Origin: a virus
Length of the DNA stretch: 64,000 nucleotides
Virus record (IMG/VR): IMGVR_UViG_3300008108_000016
Coordinates: 93,808 to 157,807 of that record
Strand: one strand, 5' to 3'
Position numbers and translations under genes: made by a program. The notes under the pieces are model-generated. The model was not told the origin of the DNA. It saw only the letters and a list, made by a program, of their open reading frames with translations, and did no database searches. Of the stretch, positions 40,645 to 49,238 are shown piece by piece (within the stretch, counting starts at the first letter, position 1; the number at the start of each line of letters is the position of its first letter).

Positions 40645-41777
40645 TACCTCATTCTTTTAATTGTTGATCCGTCCTCATAAACTTCAATTATTACTCCAAC
40701 ATAATTTTCATCAATTTCTTGACCCAATAAGTTAATTATTTTAACCAATTTTTTTCCAGTATTTCTGTTATCAATCGCAATAGGTCCGTATATCTTAAAA
40801 TTACCATCAGTATCCACTTGAGTTATTCTATAGTAATTAATATCCCTTTGAAAATTATTATCTAAAAAATTATAACTAATAAGTTGATTACTATTCCCCG
40901 CACCAAGTTTCTGACCAATTACCGAATTCTCATTAAATTCCCCTGTTGTTGATCTCTCAATCAAATAATAATCAGAGTTTTGTTCAGATGCCGTTTTCCA
41001 TGTTAAAAGATTACCGTGATCTGTTGATATACCCTCAAAAGAAATAAGCTCAACAGGTAACGGATCAATTTCAAGTAATTCAATATTATCTATCCACCAT
41101 TCTTCACCAACAGAATTTACCCGACATAAAATATCAATCGCAACTTGTGTAATATTTGGTTGTAAATTTAATGTAATAAAAGTTAATCCATTACTTAAAA
41201 TAGGGGGGTTAGTGGTTGTACCTGCAGGGGATTGATATATATCACCAGCAGGAAATAAAGAATTTGTAAATGATCCGTTTGCGGTATGAATAACCGATCC
41301 CGTGGCGTTATAACCCCAAAGAGCATTAGTGTTACCTCTAATTCTAAGTTCAGAAAAATAATTTACACCTCCGTCTGTTGATACTTGAACCTCAACAAAA
41401 TCCGTTCCATCTACCCCTCTTGATGTGGATGAGGGAGAAAAAAAAGAGTAAGATGCAAGTCTAAATTTAAGTTGATATAATCTATTTGGGTTTAATCCTG
41501 TTACATTTGGTAAAACATACCAGTTTTGCTCAATTCCTGAACTTCCATTTCCATCACCATATAAAAGAGCACTCTCGTTTGATGTCACTGATGCATTTGT
41601 TGCCCATCCTGAAAACCCACCAGCATTAAAAAGAGCACCCCCAATTGGGGTCACTGGGGTTAAAAACGCCCAATATCCTGCCCAATTCCATGTTTCCATG
41701 TAATCATATCTAATTAATGTTTGAGAGTTTGATGTTATTGAAATAAACAAGAATAAATAAAGTAATAAATTTTTCAT
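40644..41777 (-). CDS. Secreted protein resembling Bacteroidota T9SS cargo
   Basis: Sec signal peptide ending SNS-Q; PLPVELISFEG Ig-like domain; C-terminal KIINLLGQEI...IEVYEDGSTIK. Confidence 0.65.
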   Translation of the reverse strand: MKNLLLYLFLFISITSNSQTLIRYDYMETWNWAGYWAFLTPVTPIGGALFNAGGFSGWATNASVTSNESALLYGDGNGSSGIEQNWYVLPNVTGLNPNRLYQLKFRLASYSFFSPSSTSRGVDGTDFVEVQVSTDGGVNYFSELRIRGNTNALWGYNATGSVIHTANGSFTNSLFPAGDIYQSPAGTTTNPPILSNGLTFITLNLQPNITQVAIDILCRVNSVGEEWWIDNIELLEIDPLPVELISFEGISTDHGNLLTWKTASEQNSDYYLIERSTTGEFNENSVIGQKLGAGNSNQLISYNFLDNNFQRDINYYRITQVDTDGNFKIYGPIAIDNRNTGKKLVKIINLLGQEIDENYVGVIIEVYEDGSTIKRMR

Positions 41778-41881
41778 TTTAAAAGATTTTATATTATATA
41801 AGTATAAACGTAAAAATAAAATTTGATAGTTTAAATAGGTTTTAGTTCTTTAATGTTTAAATCCCATTTATTATTTATCAT

Positions 41882-42565
41882 TTATAAAATAACTTTGTTA
41901 GATTTACGTATATTTTCATCACCCCACAAAGGTTGGAGGTTTGATAACGACCAACATTTCATAAATTCACCATCACCAATCTCCTTGATGTCAAAAGATG
42001 ATATGGGTAAAATGTGATCAACGTGCCATTCACCATAGTTGTCCCAAGTCATTTTATCTGTGAATTTATTTTCTAAATGATTAATCAAATCATCGGTCGT
42101 GTATTTTAAAATATCAAAATAGTGTCCATTCTTTTTTACATTATTTTCTTTTAATACTTGATAAATAGCAGTTCTGAAATTGTTTATTAATTTATAGAGG
42201 GGATCGTTTGCTTTTTTTGTTTTTTCATAGGTTCTTTTTACCTCACGGATTCTGTCAATATTTTTTTCACGGTATTCTTTTAGATATTGTTTTCTATGTT
42301 CTTTGTTTTGTTCGTACCAGTTTTTTGATTTCTGAGATAAATATTCTTTATTACTATCTCTCCATTTTTTATCCGCAATTTTTCTACCCCCGATAAATCT
42401 TCTACCATATTGTCCCAATACAACTCCATTTTCTTTTAGTATCCTTAAAATTGTTGGTTTACTTAAACCAGTCCTTAAAGATATTGTATGAGACCCTAAC
42501 ATTTCTTCATTATACATTTTAAGTATAATAGATAATTCTTCTTTAGTAGGGTCGTATTTTTTCAT
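41882..42565 (-). mobile_element. Free-standing HNH homing endonuclease downstream of major capsid gene
   Basis: MTWDNYGEWHVDHILP...NLQPLW..ENIRKSNK; N-terminal HTH. Confidence 0.8.
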
Positions 42566-42622
42566 ATACTATAAATATAAGAAACTTTACCAAAAAAACT
42601 ATAGTTCTATTATAGAAAATAA

Positions 42623-42650
42623 AAAAAGGTTAGATTTCTCTAACCTTTTT
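42623..42650 (-). terminator. Intrinsic terminator after major capsid gene
   Basis: AAAAAGGTTAGA-TTTC-TCTAACCTTTTT. Confidence 0.8.
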
Positions 42651-42672
42651 CTTATTCTATTTTAAGATTTGA

Positions 42673-44583
42673 TTATCTCAATTCTCTTAAATCAAATGTA
42701 CGTACGCCATCAACGGTAATTCGTCCGTAGAAGCGATTATTTACCATCTTCTTCGCGTATCGGGTCATAATACCTTTGATTGGCGTGAAGTTGAATGGGT
42801 TGTACATTGTAGGTGTTAATTGTAGAGGTACATACGGTGCGTAGATGTAACCTGTGTCAAGTAACGATGTTCCTTTGTGACCCAACAAAATTTGGTTTGG
42901 TGGGAAGTAAGGATCACGATACACTTGGTAACGTCCTGCAAGAGTACCAACTCTTTCAATACCCATGTTGTACTGGTCTTGTTCAGGAGATGCGTTAGAT
43001 ACGTGGAAGTATTCTAAATCATCAAAGATTGCTGAAACTTCAGATGATACAACGATCCAGTTAGCTCCACCACGAAGAGTTGACTTGTGGATTTGTGCTG
43101 ACAATTGGTTGATCGCAGTGATCAATGTTTGGTTCCAGTCCTTCTGAGTGTAAGAAGTTGTTTGTGCAATTCTTCTCCATCCGTTGTAGTCCCAACGTAA
43201 ATTCCAAGCCGCTCCTTTTCTCAAGTCACGTAGGATTTCACGGTCAATCTCTGCTGCTACCTGCTCTGACAACAACGCTGTCAATTCAGCCTCAGCATCA
43301 ATGTTATGGAATGCCGCAACGTCCTGAGCCATTTCAGGTGACCACTGTGCTCTTAGTTTTCTTTCAGTTACAGAAACTGTTACAGACTCAAGGTCAAAAG
43401 AAACTTCACCAATTTGGTCTTCAAACTCAAGGTTTGCATAACGTCTCCAAACAGCTGTGAAAGAATCACCAGAAGTTAAAGTATCTGTCAATGTTGTACC
43501 TGTGTAACCATCCAATGATGTGGAATCACAATCAGCACATACAGGACAAGAAAGATCTACTTCAAGGAAGATACATCCATCAGCATCACAGATATCATAG
43601 TAAGAACCACCATTACCTGTTGATGAAAGATCGCCACTTGGTAGGTTACCAGGCCATGAAGTTTGTTTAGTAGAACCATATTTAACGATTCCTTTTCCGT
43701 ATTGCTGAGTAACAACTCTAAACAATAGAGAGTTTGGCCCGTCAGTTCCATAAACAACATTACAAGGAGTTGTTCCTGTTAATGCTGGATTAGCCAAAGG
43801 TGCGAAAATTCTCAAATCAGAAAGGAAAGTTTCTGAATCAACTTCCATACCATCAGGCCCAATTAATTTACCGTATCCTGCTTGTGATGTCCAACCACAA
43901 AGCTTAACAATAATTTTTCTAACATTATCACCCGATGCGTATTCGTATGGTAAAAGATCACCACCTTGCCATGCAACAACTGTAGTGTTGCTAGTAACCG
44001 CAGTCCACTTACCTTTTGAGTAGTCAAACAATCCTGGAGGATCTAATTGACCTTCAGATCCTTCATAGAATAAATCATAAAGATTCTTCTTGAATGGTTG
44101 GTTATTTGGTGCAGTACTTCCAGGATAACCTTGGCTAGGGAAGTTATTACCACTATTTACCGCCTCAGGAGACCCAATAGGTGAATAATGATATGCGTTT
44201 CCTTCATATCCATTTGCTGCCGTTTGCTCCTGAGATGTAGGTGCGTATCCCTGAATACGAGGTACAAAGTAGAACAATTTACCGATAGGTAAGTTCATAG
44301 CCTGTACTGATACGATGTCGTTAGCCAACAATTTAGAGAAAACTCTTCTTACGATTGGGAAAACAACAGTTTCAAACGCTCCGTTAGAAGTTTCTGAAGT
44401 TGCTTCGTTAATCAAGAAAGAAGCTTGGTTTTCATATAACTGTGCTACGTTCTCTTTTAGATGTCCTTTAAGTCCATCAAGGAACCCTAATTTGTCCCAC
44501 TTGTTAATTGTATCTTCTTTGATAACTTTAAGGTGCTTAAGACCGATGTTACCAACAAGACCTGATTCTAATAATGCTCCCAT
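42673..44583 (-). CDS. Major capsid protein (T4 gp23-like)
   Basis: PIVRRVF..L.ANDIVSVQAM..P.G; RKLRAQWSPEMAQD; DAEAEL; EIDREI; YAPYVPL; P.KGIMTRY. Confidence 0.95.
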   Translation of the reverse strand: MGALLESGLVGNIGLKHLKVIKEDTINKWDKLGFLDGLKGHLKENVAQLYENQASFLINEATSETSNGAFETVVFPIVRRVFSKLLANDIVSVQAMNLPIGKLFYFVPRIQGYAPTSQEQTAANGYEGNAYHYSPIGSPEAVNSGNNFPSQGYPGSTAPNNQPFKKNLYDLFYEGSEGQLDPPGLFDYSKGKWTAVTSNTTVVAWQGGDLLPYEYASGDNVRKIIVKLCGWTSQAGYGKLIGPDGMEVDSETFLSDLRIFAPLANPALTGTTPCNVVYGTDGPNSLLFRVVTQQYGKGIVKYGSTKQTSWPGNLPSGDLSSTGNGGSYYDICDADGCIFLEVDLSCPVCADCDSTSLDGYTGTTLTDTLTSGDSFTAVWRRYANLEFEDQIGEVSFDLESVTVSVTERKLRAQWSPEMAQDVAAFHNIDAEAELTALLSEQVAAEIDREILRDLRKGAAWNLRWDYNGWRRIAQTTSYTQKDWNQTLITAINQLSAQIHKSTLRGGANWIVVSSEVSAIFDDLEYFHVSNASPEQDQYNMGIERVGTLAGRYQVYRDPYFPPNQILLGHKGTSLLDTGYIYAPYVPLQLTPTMYNPFNFTPIKGIMTRYAKKMVNNRFYGRITVDGVRTFDLRELR

Positions 44584-44620
44584 TTTTTTGGTTTTTATTT
44601 GTTTTTATTTATTTTTATTT

Positions 44621-45976
44621 TTATATTTTTGACATTAAGTCCTTCATTCTTAAGAACTGAGGATTCTCATAAGTCTTTGATTCAATTAGATTTGTTGCAG
44701 ATCCACTAGATGGTGTCTTTTCAACAGATCTTTCAAAAGATTCAGTGATTGTCGTTTCAGTTCCTTTTGAGTTTAACAACTCATCTTTAATTGTTTTGTA
44801 GAGATTTTTTGATTCCTTAATAGTTTCAACACCATCAAATCTTTTTAAGATGTTTATCTTTTCTTGTTTAGTTGTTGAATGTTCAGTAAACAAACGTGTT
44901 GCGTATGCAAGGTTTGAATTAAATACCGCCACCTCATTTAACTTTGTTCTGAAAAGATTAAGTGCTTTTCTATATTCCTCATTTTTCTCTCTAAGAAGGG
45001 TTAATTCCTTATCTGTTGACTCAACTCTCAAGTGTCTTGGTGCGGCTTTAGGTTTATCCAAACCTTTTCTACCCCATCTTTTACCTGAACCTAATGTTCT
45101 TGAAGCTTCTTTTGTTTCAGCCTTTTTAACAACAGGTTTTTTCTTTTTATCAACATCAGACATATTAACTTCTTCCTTATACTCAAATTTGGCTTTACCC
45201 ATACCAACTCCTCTGGTTCCTTGTTTCATTTTTGTTTTGAACCCTTCTCCTTGATTAGGTTTTTTACCATACTTGAATTTTGAAGCGTTGCCCATTCCAA
45301 CTCCCTTGGCTTTGAACTTAGAAGATTCCATAACATATTCGTCCATTTCAAAATAGTCATCACTCACAGGATCTAATTCGTCTTCCATGTAATCTTCGTC
45401 ATCAAATTCCATTTCTAGTTCATAAATGACTTCTTCGGTTTCCTCGTCATCATCTTCTTCGTCATAAGATTCATCAAGTTCTTCTTCATCTTGATCATCT
45501 TCTTCTTTTGACTCACCAAGTTGGATTATGTACTCAACGTCCTCATTATCATCTGATAAGTGTAACATTTCGTCATCCTTTTTTACAATGATACCATCGT
45601 CATCATTCATAGCTTTAAACACACGAAGAATTTCTTCGTCTGAAGCATTTGTTAGATCAATTGTATCATCCATGTCCATATCCATTTCATCTTCTGAATC
45701 CATATCCATGTCCATATCCATGTCCATTTCATCTTCAGACTCTTCGTCCTCAAAATCCATATCCATGTCATCTGCATCAAATTCTACCTCTTCGGTATCA
45801 TCTTCAACATCTTCAATCTCCTCATCTTCTTGTTCTTTGAGAGATTCTTTTACAAGCGATTTGATTTCTTCCTTCATAGTAGAAGCAAGTATTCCTTTTG
45901 CATTTTCATTGATAGCGTTTTCCAAATTCTTAATTTGGATAAACGTATCTTCAACTAATGATTCTTTTTTACTCAT
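44621..45976 (-). CDS. Prohead core scaffold protein (gp22-like position)
   Basis: Highly acidic, DM repeats, coiled coil LNEVAVFNSNLAY; directly upstream of capsid gene. Confidence 0.7.
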   Translation of the reverse strand: MSKKESLVEDTFIQIKNLENAINENAKGILASTMKEEIKSLVKESLKEQEDEEIEDVEDDTEEVEFDADDMDMDFEDEESEDEMDMDMDMDMDSEDEMDMDMDDTIDLTNASDEEILRVFKAMNDDDGIIVKKDDEMLHLSDDNEDVEYIIQLGESKEEDDQDEEELDESYDEEDDDEETEEVIYELEMEFDDEDYMEDELDPVSDDYFEMDEYVMESSKFKAKGVGMGNASKFKYGKKPNQGEGFKTKMKQGTRGVGMGKAKFEYKEEVNMSDVDKKKKPVVKKAETKEASRTLGSGKRWGRKGLDKPKAAPRHLRVESTDKELTLLREKNEEYRKALNLFRTKLNEVAVFNSNLAYATRLFTEHSTTKQEKINILKRFDGVETIKESKNLYKTIKDELLNSKGTETTITESFERSVEKTPSSGSATNLIESKTYENPQFLRMKDLMSKI

Positions 45977-46073
45977 TATTTTTTAAAGTGTTTTCAAATA
46001 AATACTTGACATTTTCAAAAAATTCATTTTGTAAACACTTTTAGGTAAAAAAAATTAAATTATGGTAATAAAA

Positions 46074-46099
46074 AAAGGATGAACATTTGTCCATCCTTT
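46074..46099 (-). terminator. Intrinsic terminator
   Basis: AAAGGATG..ACA/TGT..CATCCTTT hairpin with A-tract. Confidence 0.6.
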
Positions 46100-46108
46100 C
46101 TAAAATTT

Positions 46109-46456
46109 TTATTTTTTATTTGATAATATATTTTTATATTTACGCCATACATAATATATCTCCTCATTCTTTAGATTAAACATCTTTTTACAATAATTAT
46201 AGAATTCAAAATAATCAAAATCACTTAAAAACTGGTTCATAGGGCTAAAAGGTGTACGATATATTTTTCTATAATACGGATATATAGAACCTTTTATGGT
46301 GCCAACCATCTTCGTTTGCTCAACAAACATAGTAATAACTTTATCTAAAAACTTGGATCTTTTATCATCTTCATTAGATACTTCATCAGATTCATTCATT
46401 ACTCGTTTAACAATTCTTGTTAAATCTGATTCGGTCACTCTAACTATTTTTTTCAT
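46109..46456 (-). CDS. Leader-bearing hypothetical (putative head-internal) protein
   Basis: MKKIVRVTESDLTRIVKRVMNE leader. Confidence 0.6.
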   Translation of the reverse strand: MKKIVRVTESDLTRIVKRVMNESDEVSNEDDKRSKFLDKVITMFVEQTKMVGTIKGSIYPYYRKIYRTPFSPMNQFLSDFDYFEFYNYCKKMFNLKNEEIYYVWRKYKNILSNKK

Positions 46457-46468
46457 ATAATTTTTATA

Positions 46469-46687
46469 TTAAGATTTTATTTCTACCGGTGTTTGGAAAG
46501 TTTTACCACTTTCGGTCTCAACTATAAGTGTATAACCATATGGTTTCCCCATAGATTGTGTCACAAAAGTACCAACAACATTATCACGTTCTCTTGTTTT
46601 TTGTCTTTCTTCAAAATCATCTTCTTTCATTACACTTTTAACGATACGTGATAGATCTTTTTCAGTTAATCTAATTACTTTTTTCAT
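46469..46687 (-). CDS. Leader-bearing hypothetical (putative head-internal) protein
   Basis: MKKVIRLTEKDLSRIVKSVMKE leader; TATTTATA upstream. Confidence 0.6.
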   Translation of the reverse strand: MKKVIRLTEKDLSRIVKSVMKEDDFEERQKTRERDNVVGTFVTQSMGKPYGYTLIVETESGKTFQTPVEIKS

Positions 46688-46715
46688 AAATATTTTTTTA
46701 TTATAAATATATGAA

Positions 46716-46750
46716 CAAAAAAAAACACACTTGTTAGTGTGTTTTTTTTG
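46716..46750. terminator. Intrinsic terminator
   Basis: AAAAAAAACACACT-TGTT-AGTGTGTTTTTTTT. Confidence 0.75.
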
Positions 46751-46769
46751 AATTTAATTTACTTGTATT

Positions 46770-46985
46770 TTACTCAATCACCTCATCAATCTTTGATTCC
46801 GTAATTGATGTGATCCTCCAGTCCATTGTATAATTTTCATAAACTTTGGTAACCTTTGCTTCAACATCAGTAGGACTATATCCCAAAACCAATTTTTCTT
46901 CTCTTACTTTTTTAACTTTTCCCGACTCTGTATCCAACAGATCAGAAGTGATTTTTGCTACAAAATATTTTTCTCCTTGTTCCAT
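46770..46985 (-). CDS. DUF4494-like small protein
   Basis: YFVAKI...GKVKKVREEKLV...TDVEAKV resembles the Bacteroidota DUF4494 family. Confidence 0.5.
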   Translation of the reverse strand: MEQGEKYFVAKITSDLLDTESGKVKKVREEKLVLGYSPTDVEAKVTKVYENYTMDWRITSITESKIDEVIE

Positions 46986-46991
46986 ATTAAA

Positions 46992-47723
46992 TTATTTATC
47001 CAAATAATCGGATAAACGTTTCATTAAGTCAAGGGATTTGTTTCCTGAAGATCCAATATTTCTTTCTATCGCCATTTTTTTATCTTCTTCAAGATTTTCT
47101 TCAAATTGCATTCTATCGTCTTTATTTAAGAAAAGATACGCCCCAGGTGTTGATGGAGAAGAAACCAAATCAAAACAAATTAATTCAAAATCATCTTGTA
47201 CTTCATTTTGTTCACCAACTTTTTTAAGAGATCCAACCCCACGAGATGATATACCAAGAGTAACACCTTGTCTTAAATAGTTTGCCGCAAGATCTCCTTT
47301 GGTGGAACATATTCCCCTTTCATGAAACCCAGGACTTGTTAACAATTTTAACTTACCTAATAATACCGGGCCGTCCCACCATATCTCGGTAATTATATGG
47401 GATACTCTATCAAGATCAATAAGTGAGGATTCAGGGTGATTAAGTTCTGAAAGAGAAGTTCCCTTATCAATCATTTTTTTATAATTCTCAGCCTCCCTCT
47501 TTAATACTTTTTCAGGATATATTCTACCATTTCTATTTGGGGTATTGTATTTTTGTAATACCGCATAAAATTCAAATGGTTTTGAATGATCTAAAAAATT
47601 CTTTGATTCTTTTATAATCTCAGAATTGTATTTATCGTTTGGATTTATATACCCAGCATCGTACTCAATAAGAATTCCCCTCTTATTTGTTTCATTAGGG
47701 CCTAGTATTCTACTATCAGTCAT
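46992..47723 (-). CDS. Prohead protease (T4 gp21-like)
   Basis: NRNGRIYP, ELNHP, SHII, GISSRGVGS, FDLVSSPSTPGA. Confidence 0.92.
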   Translation of the reverse strand: MTDSRILGPNETNKRGILIEYDAGYINPNDKYNSEIIKESKNFLDHSKPFEFYAVLQKYNTPNRNGRIYPEKVLKREAENYKKMIDKGTSLSELNHPESSLIDLDRVSHIITEIWWDGPVLLGKLKLLTSPGFHERGICSTKGDLAANYLRQGVTLGISSRGVGSLKKVGEQNEVQDDFELICFDLVSSPSTPGAYLFLNKDDRMQFEENLEEDKKMAIERNIGSSGNKSLDLMKRLSDYLDK

Positions 47724-47747
47724 ATCAAAAGTTTTTCTATATAAATA

Positions 47748-48215
47748 TCAAACTTTTTCTATTTTTACTTTTTGTTGTCTTACATTTCCATTTTTAGTCA
47801 AATAAAATTTAAAATATTGATTCTTTGTTAATACATCATCATATACTCCTTTTATTATTTCTTTTAATTTTCTTTTTAATTTTATATCTTTGAAATCAAT
47901 TTCTTTTATTAAATAAAGGTTAATTTCTAAGTTTAAAAATGATTTCTTTTTTAGTTGTAGGCCACTTGTTCTTAAATCCATGTCAACAATAAATTTTTCA
48001 TCAAATAATGTTTTATCAATGTGATCATAAATTGAATGCTTAATGGATCTTGACATATTTTGAGTTATTCTGATCCAAGATTCATAATCATCTTTTGGTT
48101 CAACCCAAGTTTGTAAATTAAGATAGAGTGATTTAAAGTCTTTTGAGTCCACCGTTCCATAGGTGATTTTGGAAGTTCTAAAGCCATTTAATTTGGCTGT
48201 TTTTCCTTTTTTCAT
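47748..48215 (-). CDS. Hypothetical phage protein
   Basis: ORF divergent from bS21. Confidence 0.6.
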   Translation of the reverse strand: MKKGKTAKLNGFRTSKITYGTVDSKDFKSLYLNLQTWVEPKDDYESWIRITQNMSRSIKHSIYDHIDKTLFDEKFIVDMDLRTSGLQLKKKSFLNLEINLYLIKEIDFKDIKLKRKLKEIIKGVYDDVLTKNQYFKFYLTKNGNVRQQKVKIEKV

Positions 48216-48315
48216 AAAATATTTTCATATATTCGGTTTATTTTTAAAAAAAATAGATAAATTTGTAATATATATCAAATATAATAAACTAACTAATTAA
48301 AATAAAAAAACATAA

Positions 48316-48504
48316 ATGCTTATTGTTAAAATAAAGAAGACAGGAGACATTGAGAGAGCTCTTAAAGAACTGAAGAGTAAAGTAATTAAAACAAGACAAA
48401 ATTCCTTCCTCAACGAGAGAAAGGAATTTAAGAAAAAATCAGTTTTAAACAGAGAAAATAAGAATAGAGCTATATATCGCCAAAAGATGAAATTAAACGA
48501 TTAA
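48316..48504 (+). CDS. rpsU: Ribosomal protein bS21
   Basis: MLIV.I....DIERALK..K.K..KT.....L.ERKEF.K.SV..R.....AIY matches Bacteroidota bS21, including Tyr54. Confidence 0.85.
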   Translation: MLIVKIKKTGDIERALKELKSKVIKTRQNSFLNERKEFKKKSVLNRENKNRAIYRQKMKLND

Positions 48505-49217
48505 ATATTTTCGTTTAATTTTTGTAATTTGAAATAAGATTCTTTATTGAAACTCTCTTCTTTAACTTTACTTATTGTTTCATTTATTTTTTGGATTGTT
48601 TCATTATCCATTTCATTTTCCTGCAATTTTTCAAGTTTACCCAAGATAGTACCCTTAAGAGTATAGAATGATTCAGTTAGTTGAGATTCATCAGATAAAA
48701 TAATTTTCTTTATTTCTGACTTATCAGATTCGGATAAATTTTCCAAATATGACTCAATTGTTTTATTAGCAATTTCAACCATAGTACTTATTGGAACCTT
48801 AACAATTTCACCATTATTAACAGGAGACTTCATTATATTTTCCAAAATAGTATTCTTACTTTTTATTTTATTTTCAAGGTTCAAAACGCTGTTGGAGAAA
48901 AGATCATCAATTTCATTATATTGATTATCACACTTTACGTGCCCAACCCACATTTCCAATTCTTTAAGTTCCGATGGTTTAATTTTATTTATTGTGTTTT
49001 CATAAACAACAATACTCTGATTAATAAAATCATTTGCAATAGATTCATTTAATCCTTTGTTTGAATTAAGTTCATCGTATAAAAAATATAATTTACTTAT
49101 GTTTTTATTTTTTAAAATTAATTCATCAAAAATGAACATATCCCTTTTTAATTGATTTTCTTTGTATGATTCAATTAACACGGATTCTATTTGTGATTTT
49201 AATATACCAAATTTCAT
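48501..49217 (-). CDS. Hypothetical head-module protein
   Basis: ORF downstream of portal, TATTTATA upstream. Confidence 0.6.
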   Translation of the reverse strand: MKFGILKSQIESVLIESYKENQLKRDMFIFDELILKNKNISKLYFLYDELNSNKGLNESIANDFINQSIVVYENTINKIKPSELKELEMWVGHVKCDNQYNEIDDLFSNSVLNLENKIKSKNTILENIMKSPVNNGEIVKVPISTMVEIANKTIESYLENLSESDKSEIKKIILSDESQLTESFYTLKGTILGKLEKLQENEMDNETIQKINETISKVKEESFNKESYFKLQKLNENI

Positions 49218-49238
49218 AACTTTTTTTATTTATAAATA

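Noticed and set aside
44315-45986. Plus-strand Ser-rich ORFs and the other short antisense ORFs in the track
   Set aside because: Shadows of capsid, scaffold and other well-supported genes, with no independent motifs.
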